This document shows positions 1-6,770 of a stretch of DNA of 19,751 bases, one piece after another (the first letter of the stretch is position 1; every line of letters begins with the position of its first letter). Below the pieces are notes generated by a model. It did not search any database, was not told where the DNA came from, and saw only the letters and a list, made by a program, of their open reading frames with translations. Origin of the DNA: Thermoproteota archaeon. GTDB lineage: Archaea > Thermoproteota > EX4484-205 > JAAOZP01. Position numbers and translations under genes: made by a program. The DNA is taken from the NCBI GenBank assembly GCA_049700215.1, contig JBNAVT010000016.1:1-19751 (forward strand), in the 5' to 3' direction.

Positions 1-481
1 CAAGCTCCGTTAAACCCTTAACAGTCAGCGTGCCTCCTACGCCAAGCTTACTCCCCTTTACACCCCCCTGAACAGACATAGTTCCGCCCACGCTTATGTT
101 TTCAGCATCCACGTCGCCCCCTGATTCTAAAACTCCTCCGACACCTATACTCCTGCATTTCAAACCATTACCAACCTTAACCACTTTCCCAACATCCACG
201 TCCTCGGCTTCAAGCCTTCCACTTACACGCAGCTCGCCATCCTCAAGACTGACGTATCTCTCCACGATAAGATCGCCCTGAACATTAATCTTCCCACCGT
301 TTTCAAGACTAAGGCTGTGGGCATGCAGGCTGGAAAGAATATTGCAATCCCCTTCAAACTCCACATTTCCCTTCACGATAATTGCTTCACCAGTCTTCGC
401 CTTGATGGTTGAATGCTCCCCGACGAAGAGGTCTTCCTCAGAAACGCCTATTTCCACGGTTTTCCTCGGCTCAATCCTCAT
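1..481 (-). CDS. Bactofilin/CcmA-like beta-helix repeat protein (partial; runs off the left end)
   Basis: Not in the ORF track. My translation from ATG 481 is MRIEPRKTVEIGVSEEDLFVGEHSTIKAKTGEAIIVKGNVEFEGDC...VGKVVKVGNGLKCRSIG VGGVLESGGDVDAENIS VGGTMSVQGGVKGSKLG VGGTLTVKGLTEL, open for 160 codons. It shows 17-aa V/G-rich periodicity, with GGTGGG upstream and a TTTAAA box near 520-525. Confidence 0.8.
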   Translation of the reverse strand, partial: MRIEPRKTVEIGVSEEDLFVGEHSTIKAKTGEAIIVKGNVEFEGDCNILSSLHAHSLSLENGGKINVQGDLIVERYVSLEDGELRVSGRLEAEDVDVGKVVKVGNGLKCRSIGVGGVLESGGDVDAENISVGGTMSVQGGVKGSKLGVGGTLTVKGLTEL

Positions 482-671
482 TTTTTTCCACCCACCGGGT
501 TGAAAGAGTGCCGAAAGTATTTAAAAATGGCTCGCAAAATGTGATTTCGAAAAGTCCTTTCTTAAGGATATGTTATTCCCCCGTCTTCAGCAACAACTAT
601 GACAGTTTTGAGAGAGCGGTTTTGAAAACATTATATACTTTATTATGCAGCATATTGCAGGTGAACCATGG

Positions 672-1979
672 TTGCTAACTAGGAGGGGAAAGCTAACATA
701 CGCCATGGGGAGGCTCGGCTCCTCAACCCTCTTGTCCCTTATAGATCTCGCGACGTTCTGGTTCTACTGGGATTTTTTGAAGCTGAGTGGTTTTCTAACC
801 GGCGTGGCATTCGCCATCGGAAAACTCGTCATAGCCTTTTTCGGCTGGTACTTCGGCTACCTGAGCGACATAACTGTGTCGAAGAGATGGGGGAGACGCA
901 GACAGTATGTTTTAGCGGGCAGCCTGCTTCTAGCATTTTCAACCATCATGATATTCATGCCGAGCTACTTCATACCGGTTACGGATGAAACCCTGTTGTT
1001 CGTGTACGCGACTTTTTTCATTGGCCTTGCGAACATGAGCTACGGGCTTCTAAGCACGCCCTACATGGCGTGGCTTGCGGAAATCGTCGGCCCCGAGGAT
1101 CGAGTTACGGTCTCAGCATACCAGAACATTTTCGGCATGATGGCGCAAATCGTTGGAATACCCGTCGGCTTCCTGCTTCCAACGCTTCTGAAAACAGGCT
1201 CCCTCGCTTTCCTAGGGCTACTACTGGCTCTAGCCGTCTTTGAAATAGTATTGTACATGCCGGCTGTCCTCAAGATAAGGGAGGAGGAGAAACCGATTCC
1301 GAAACCCAGTGTTCGGAGAGAGCTCTCCATACTTTGGAGCAACAGGAACTACCGGGCGTGGCTTGCCCTCCAAGGAGCAATGTCTATTCCAACAGCGGTT
1401 CTCGCAAGCCTGGTTATAAGCTATCTGCAAAGAGTCCTGGGCCTAGGTGACGTTGAGTATATGGCAGTGGGAGGCCTCATGCTCCTGTTAACCATAGTGC
1501 TTTTCTTCGTCTGGGCAAGGATAGCTAGGAAAACCGGGAAGAAGAAGCCACTAGTAACGTCTCTCATGATCCTGGTGGTTTTCCTGCCTCTAACACTAGT
1601 CTTCGGCCAGCCGGTTCTAAACTCTGTCCCCAGGGTGATTCAAGCAGTCCTGTTCGTCGCATTCGTGGGAGCAGGGATTTCAGGCTGGTACCTCTTGCCG
1701 AACCCTGTCACGGCAGACATGGCGCAGGAAGACGAGTTGTCTAAGAGGGAGGCTCGCGCAGGCAGCTACGTCGGCCTGGTCAGCGTGCCGCTGAACATAC
1801 TGCAAGCCTTAGCCCGCTACATATCTGGCCTCCTTGCAGACCTGCCATCAGCCCCGGGTCAGACTTACTCCATGGGGTTGTTGCTATGGGGTCCAGTGTC
1901 CTCAGTAACGTTAATCCCTTGCCTGTTAATCCTAATAAAATACGTGGAGACAGATCCGTTAAGGAGAATCGCAAAATAA
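672..1979 (+). CDS. MFS transporter, glycoside-pentoside-hexuronide (MelB/GPH)-like sugar:cation symporter
   Basis: About 12 hydrophobic segments, the GPH motif GYLSDITVSKRWGRRRQY, and ADMAQEDE...REARAGSY. A TTG start at 672 follows GGTGA (660-664); the ORF track start is 645. Confidence 0.88.
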   Translation: MLTRRGKLTYAMGRLGSSTLLSLIDLATFWFYWDFLKLSGFLTGVAFAIGKLVIAFFGWYFGYLSDITVSKRWGRRRQYVLAGSLLLAFSTIMIFMPSYFIPVTDETLLFVYATFFIGLANMSYGLLSTPYMAWLAEIVGPEDRVTVSAYQNIFGMMAQIVGIPVGFLLPTLLKTGSLAFLGLLLALAVFEIVLYMPAVLKIREEEKPIPKPSVRRELSILWSNRNYRAWLALQGAMSIPTAVLASLVISYLQRVLGLGDVEYMAVGGLMLLLTIVLFFVWARIARKTGKKKPLVTSLMILVVFLPLTLVFGQPVLNSVPRVIQAVLFVAFVGAGISGWYLLPNPVTADMAQEDELSKREARAGSYVGLVSVPLNILQALARYISGLLADLPSAPGQTYSMGLLLWGPVSSVTLIPCLLILIKYVETDPLRRIAK

Positions 1980-1983
1980 CGCG

Positions 1984-2011
1984 TTTTCTCACTCCTATAA
2001 CGAGTGGAAAA
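1984..2011. terminator. Stem-loop between convergent genes, possible terminator
   Basis: TTTTC-T-CACTC (1984-1994) pairs with GAGTG-GAAAA (2002-2011) around a 7-nt loop, just after the MFS stop codon. Confidence 0.35.
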
Positions 2012-2044
2012 TAAAGAATAGCTTCATGTTTAAAAACTAGGATA

Positions 2045-3409
2045 TTAGGGGAATTTAATGCCGCTTTTTGAGCCCGATTTCCCCCCGTAGACTTTTTCAA
2101 CGAACGAGTCTCTCACCGGCTTGTAAACCTGGTTGAAAAACTTCTGCTGGTCGAGCAAAACATCCTGTGGAAATTCTTCGAGATACTGTAAAGCCCTTCT
2201 CCAGGCCTCCTCATAGGGAACTACCTCGTTTACCCTTCTAACTATTTGCTCATCGTAGTCACGTGGAGTCTGTTTAGCATTACCTATCGTTAGCCACCCG
2301 TCCTCCGACAAGTAGGCAGTCTCGTTTCCCAGTTGGAAAACGTTTCTCTCCTCAACCTGCCTAGGGGGCTTAACAGCACCCCTCCGGCTGGGAGGCTTCT
2401 TAGCTTCAACCCCTCTCTGCTTGGCCCAAGCGTAGAATATTGCCCTGTTCAAGCCGAATGACTTGGATTTCTCAATATCTCTTGTTAAAAGGAAGCATCG
2501 CGCAGCCTGCAGCAGCGCCATAACCTGGAACCTTCCAAGCCTAAGCACTTCCCCTCCGCTACTTCTCACGCTGCCCGACGGCATGGGAGCCACTCTTTTG
2601 AAATATCCTCCGACTGCATATAAGGCTTTTTCAGCAAGCTCATCCGCCTCACCGGCTTCAAAATCCGTGTAAACCGCTCTATGCCTGAAGCTCCCCGGGT
2701 TGACCCATGAAAGATCAAAGTCGTTCATATCATCGGGTTTGAAGCAGACGCATGAGTAGTCCAGTTCCCTGTGAAGAGATAGCGGAAGAGTAAAAACCCG
2801 TTTCAAATCCATCTTGTTCTCGACCTTGGCGCCGGCGGCTAAAGTATTGAGCTTAGGCTTAACCATCCTAGTGACATACTCGACTACTGCGAAGGCAGCG
2901 TCAAGAGGATGATGCTTTTTAAGAAACTCCCTGGAAAAAGCTTCTTCAGAAACATGCACGTGACACCCCCGTCCGCTCCATTTAAGGTATACTGACTTCA
3001 CGACCTTCTCCTTCTCAAGCTCCTCAACTATCAGCCTGCAAACAGCCAGGGTTTCACGCCACCTTTCAACATCATTATCCACATCCCAGGTTGGGGTGGA
3101 GCGGGAAATATTGGAAACATCCTCCAGGTCCTCGTTTACCGAGAGCCTAACGTATTTATTAGCCGAGCCGTAGAAAGACCTGGGTTTAGCAAACCAGAAT
3201 CCTCTGAGCAGCCTGTCGATATCGCTTGAATCCTTGAATCTAAGCGGCGACCCGTCTCTACCATACCTCATGAAAACCCTTCCCCTAGAACTGCCTTCAA
3301 TAGCTATCCACCTGTCTCTTCCGTAGTTGAAGAGCTCCTCCGCAACCCTTGGATGAGAGTAGTACTCGAAAACCCAATCGACGCTATTCTGGCAGCTGGG
3401 CTTTGCCAT
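2045..3409 (-). CDS. Archaeo-eukaryotic primase (PriS/Prim-Pol-like) domain protein fused to an uncharacterised C-terminal domain
   Basis: AEP motif I (TWDVD), motif II (KWSGRGCHVH) and a motif III region (KVENKMDLKRVFTLPLSLH, compare PriS D..RL.RLP.SLH). A G/S/P linker is followed by a roughly 160-aa domain containing RFQVMALLQAAR...FGLNRAIFYAWAK. Confidence 0.75.
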   Translation of the reverse strand: MAKPSCQNSVDWVFEYYSHPRVAEELFNYGRDRWIAIEGSSRGRVFMRYGRDGSPLRFKDSSDIDRLLRGFWFAKPRSFYGSANKYVRLSVNEDLEDVSNISRSTPTWDVDNDVERWRETLAVCRLIVEELEKEKVVKSVYLKWSGRGCHVHVSEEAFSREFLKKHHPLDAAFAVVEYVTRMVKPKLNTLAAGAKVENKMDLKRVFTLPLSLHRELDYSCVCFKPDDMNDFDLSWVNPGSFRHRAVYTDFEAGEADELAEKALYAVGGYFKRVAPMPSGSVRSSGGEVLRLGRFQVMALLQAARCFLLTRDIEKSKSFGLNRAIFYAWAKQRGVEAKKPPSRRGAVKPPRQVEERNVFQLGNETAYLSEDGWLTIGNAKQTPRDYDEQIVRRVNEVVPYEEAWRRALQYLEEFPQDVLLDQQKFFNQVYKPVRDSFVEKVYGGKSGSKSGIKFP

Positions 3410-3511
3410 ACAGTGTTTTCAGCATAATTTTAAAATAAACTTTTCGAGCTGCGCGGCAGCCCAGTACCGTGTAAAAAGTTTAATAATAGCGCGCGCTAAA
3501 GAACCGTTAAA

Positions 3512-4693
3512 TTGTCCGATGGACAAGAGGGTTTGAAAAAGGAAGAAGAGGTCCCGCTCCCGGCTCGTTTCTTAAGACAATTGCTGTTGACAATCATAAA
3601 TCCTAAGGAGGCTTTTCTCCGGGTTAAGGATTCGCCCACCTTTCTCCCCGTGCTGGTGATTCCACCGGTTCTCGTAGCGTTGACTTTCGCTCAGTACTAT
3701 GTTTTCTACAAGGTGAAGATGAATATTCCGGCAGCACTATATACGGGGCAGATAGACTCTTTCATAAACAGCCTTATCCAGTTCCGGCTGATGCAATACA
3801 TAGTTATAGTGTTGTTCGGCATACTCTTGCTACTGCTTATTTTCTCGAGTGGGAGGTTTTTAGGCGGGTATGGAGACTTTAAGCAGGGCATTTCTGTAAC
3901 AGGCTATACGCATCTACCCAATGTTCTGGGCCTGGTTATTATTATCCTGCTGATCCTGTCTACACCGCCAGTTCCAACGGGAGTCCTCACATTAGTGGGC
4001 TATCCTGCGGGGCAACAGACGAAGGATGACATTGTAATAAGCTTAATGAATTACACTGGAGAGAAGTCTAATTTGACGCTGAGGGTGCGCGGTTACTACG
4101 GCATCCCGTTAAACGCGACAATAAGTAGTGGCGGCGTGATAATCGGGGCCACTAGAATAGTTGAAGGCGAAATCAACATTACTTATGCTGTGGCAACGTC
4201 CTCAGGAATTAATAAGACTGTGAAACGCATCTGGTTAAACGGAACCAGTCTAAACTATAACACTCCGCTGATAGTGAGAAACATTTTCGACAGCAGAGAG
4301 TATTGCGCAGGGGACTGCGCCAAGAGGCTTACTGCCGACTTGACCCTGCTCTTGAACAATACCTATGTCTCTCCGGTTCAGGAAAACATGTCCATACCGT
4401 ACACGGTGACTTTGAATGTTTACGATGAGAGTATGAAGGTGGAAACCCACGTGGTTTCTTCAAGCTTCTACACGGGAGTGGTGCAGTGTCCGGATCCGCA
4501 GCCTTTAGTCAACCTTATAAACGAGAGAATTACGCCGATAGTTCAGGTTCTAATCATAGTTATCTCAATATGGCAGTTTCTCCTCTTAGCCATAGCGCTT
4601 AGGATTATTCATGAATTCCAATGGGTCAGGGTCGTGCTTTTCGTAGCCGCGTATGCTGCCGCTAAGTACCTGCTTCTCGGTTTCACAATATAA
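3512..4693 (+). CDS. Yip1-domain membrane protein with a large glycosylated extracellular insertion
   Basis: Yip1 signatures are the N-terminal INPKEAFLRVK, GRFLGGYGDFKQGISVTGYTHLP, and the C-terminal WQFLLLAIALRIIHEFQWVR. A roughly 185-aa hydrophilic insert carries 8 N-x-S/T sequons. TTG start. Confidence 0.75.
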   Translation: MSDGQEGLKKEEEVPLPARFLRQLLLTIINPKEAFLRVKDSPTFLPVLVIPPVLVALTFAQYYVFYKVKMNIPAALYTGQIDSFINSLIQFRLMQYIVIVLFGILLLLLIFSSGRFLGGYGDFKQGISVTGYTHLPNVLGLVIIILLILSTPPVPTGVLTLVGYPAGQQTKDDIVISLMNYTGEKSNLTLRVRGYYGIPLNATISSGGVIIGATRIVEGEINITYAVATSSGINKTVKRIWLNGTSLNYNTPLIVRNIFDSREYCAGDCAKRLTADLTLLLNNTYVSPVQENMSIPYTVTLNVYDESMKVETHVVSSSFYTGVVQCPDPQPLVNLINERITPIVQVLIIVISIWQFLLLAIALRIIHEFQWVRVVLFVAAYAAAKYLLLGFTI

Positions 4694-4706
4694 TCCTGAC
4701 GAACTT

Positions 4707-5831
4707 TCAAAACATTGCCGCTAAACATTTTACGTATGCTTCTGAAACATCCACCCCTGTGCAATTCCTAGTGTTAATGTAGAAATCTGGGCGAGAGTTA
4801 ACCTCTATGAAGTAGACTTCTGCATCCTCCAAAACCTCTTCCAAAAAGCTTCTAAGCTTAACGTACTCAGGCGTGCTGAACATTTCTTTAAAGGCTTCAT
4901 CCATTCTCCTCCTTGCCTCCAGAAACTTCTCTCGAGAGAGCCTGACGCTATTGGAAAAATATTCTTTAAACCTTTTAACCCGCTCGTGAACAGGAGCAAT
5001 ATGCCTACTGTATTCGACGACTTTTTCAACGGCTTCGCTATCCGCCTCAGGTATTGCGTCAACCCCGAGTACGCCTATTGTTTTCGAAACAGCTGCAGCA
5101 GCCTTGGCAGCCTCCTTCTCAACCCTTCTGGGAAGGGTCACGCCAACAGGCACAGCTCCCAGGGCAGTGTTTGTTGCAAAAGCCTCTTTTGAGGATGGAA
5201 CTCTCGCCAGAGAGGCTAGGCAGGTATGGTTCACCCCGTCGTAAGAAGCCACGACTATTCTAAGGTCGAAAGCCTTATTCACGAGACCCTGCACCAGCAG
5301 GCCCGATGGGCTGTCCAGGCTTCTAACCCATCTTCTAAGTATGTTTTCAAGCTGTTTCCTTTCCTCGACCAGCGTAACGTTCCTCCCCCGGCTGCCTCTC
5401 TCAGGCTTTACGACAAACGGGTAGTTGAACGAAAACTCTATCTCGTCGACTACTCTCCTAACTTCTTCACTCCTGTAAACTGGTTTCTCGCCTTCTTTTT
5501 CAACGGTGAAAGGAACGTACGCGGTCTTAACGGTTTTAACCCTGTTTCTAATGAACTTGGCGATCGTGAAAGTTTTATTATTGCAGACGTTTTCAACCTC
5601 GAAGGCGTTGATTACTCTGCCACCTTTCTCCTCCATCAGGAAAGAGACTCTCTCCCTTCTGGATTTAGACTGACACCTGTTTACAACTGGAGAGTATTCT
5701 TCAACGCCTCCGAGCATGTTTACCTTTACTGGGAAATTTACGGCTTCGAGCAGTATCCCTTTTTCCTCGGCGGCCAGTTTTATCCCTGCTTCATCACAAG
5801 TCATGCTGTCATAAAGTATCGCAGGCTTCAA
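4707..5831 (-). CDS. RimK/LysX-family ATP-grasp peptide/amino-acid ligase with a helical insertion
   Basis: Motifs NK.FT, YPFVVKPERGSRGRNV, DLRIVV, TNTALGA, GVD and IEVN. A TTG at 5831 overlaps the rpe TGA stop (TTGA) with GGAG upstream; the ORF track start is 5840. Confidence 0.82.
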   Translation of the reverse strand: MKPAILYDSMTCDEAGIKLAAEEKGILLEAVNFPVKVNMLGGVEEYSPVVNRCQSKSRRERVSFLMEEKGGRVINAFEVENVCNNKTFTIAKFIRNRVKTVKTAYVPFTVEKEGEKPVYRSEEVRRVVDEIEFSFNYPFVVKPERGSRGRNVTLVEERKQLENILRRWVRSLDSPSGLLVQGLVNKAFDLRIVVASYDGVNHTCLASLARVPSSKEAFATNTALGAVPVGVTLPRRVEKEAAKAAAAVSKTIGVLGVDAIPEADSEAVEKVVEYSRHIAPVHERVKRFKEYFSNSVRLSREKFLEARRRMDEAFKEMFSTPEYVKLRSFLEEVLEDAEVYFIEVNSRPDFYINTRNCTGVDVSEAYVKCLAAMF

Positions 5832-6511
5832 GGCTCCCAAAAGACTCTTTCAACACTCCTTCTTAAATCCTTAACTGCTTTCGCAATACTATTAGCCCCG
5901 TATATCGCGGAGCCCGCTACAAGCATCGTCGCCCCTGCTTTAACAGCTAGTGGAGCAGTTTTAACGTTTACTCCACCGTCGACAGCAACATCCACGTTGC
6001 CCAGGCCCCTTGAGAAAAGGCTTCTCCTTACGGCAGTAATCTTTGGAAGCGTTTCAAGCATGAATCGCTGAGCACCGAAACCCGGGTTAACAGTCATAAC
6101 GAGCACGATATCCACACTGTCAAGCAGCCTGGTTACTCTATTAACCTTCGTATCGGGGTTTAGCGAAACCCCCGGCTTAACCCCGAGCTCCCTGATTCTC
6201 CTTATAAGGCTTAAAGGCCGGCCGGTGGACTCCACGTGAATAGTGAGAATATCAACCCCCGTCTTAGCCATCTCCTCGACAAACCATTCCGGCTTATCCA
6301 CCATAAGGTGAGCCTCCAACGGTAGCTTCGTCTCCTTCCTTATACATTTAACAACAGGCGGCCCTATAGTCATGTTCGGCACGAAATGTGCATCCATAAC
6401 GTCGATGTGAAGCAGGTCAACCCCGGCTGACTCCGCCTGCTTGATGTCCTCAGCCAGCCTAGCGAAATCCGCGGATAGTATGGAGGCGGCAATCTTAACT
6501 CTCAAAAACAT
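5828..6511 (-). CDS. rpe: Ribulose-phosphate 3-epimerase
   Basis: IAASILSADF, LHIDVMDAHFVPNMTIGP, EAHLMV, VMTVNPGFGAQRF, VDGGVN and LVAGSAI, with all metal ligands present. ATG at 6511 (alternative TTG at 6544). Confidence 0.96.
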   Translation of the reverse strand: MFLRVKIAASILSADFARLAEDIKQAESAGVDLLHIDVMDAHFVPNMTIGPPVVKCIRKETKLPLEAHLMVDKPEWFVEEMAKTGVDILTIHVESTGRPLSLIRRIRELGVKPGVSLNPDTKVNRVTRLLDSVDIVLVMTVNPGFGAQRFMLETLPKITAVRRSLFSRGLGNVDVAVDGGVNVKTAPLAVKAGATMLVAGSAIYGANSIAKAVKDLRRSVERVFWEP

Positions 6512-6624
6512 CCCCCCGGCGTTCTCTATCCGAGCGTTTTTCAAACCTCAAGCCAGCGTGATACATATGAAACAGATTGATGGTTTATAAAGTTGTTGCA
6601 GAGAATGGAAAACTAGTTGAATGG

Positions 6625-6733
6625 AGTCGTAACGATGCCTAAGAATTCTTCAGTCTCCCTTGGATATGCGCTCTTAAAAAGGAGGCTGTAATCCGAGCAC
6701 ACTGAAAGAACCTCCCCGGAGAAGACGGCTACA
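6625..6733 (+). ncRNA. Candidate structured RNA element in the rpe-mgtA divergent intergenic region
   Basis: Nested stems: AGTCGT/ACGGCT, TTCTTCAGT/ACTGAAAGAA, CTTGGAT/ATCCGAG and CTCTT-AAAA-AGGAG. Several G-U pairs favour the + strand. I could not match it to a known family. Confidence 0.3.
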
Positions 6734-6734
6734 A

Positions 6735-6748
6735 AACCTATATAGGTT
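6735..6748 (+). promoter_or_regulatory. TATA box of mgtA embedded in a perfect 14-bp palindrome (possible operator)
   Basis: AACCTATATAGGTT is its own reverse complement. Its TATATA lies 27-32 nt upstream of the ATG at 6771. Confidence 0.5.
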
Positions 6749-6770
6749 GCTGCAAGGTTGAGAGTGGGCG

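Noticed and set aside
96-678. + strand ORFs 96-281 and 409-678
   Set aside because: They are shadows of the minus-strand beta-helix gene and its promoter region; the S/T/P richness mirrors the V/G codons.
5226-6071. 281-aa + strand ORF, and other antisense ORFs such as 7160-7852, 8156-8500, 8669-9013, 13574-14044 and 18339-18707
   Set aside because: They lie antisense to well-supported genes, have no recognisable motifs and show shadow-ORF composition.
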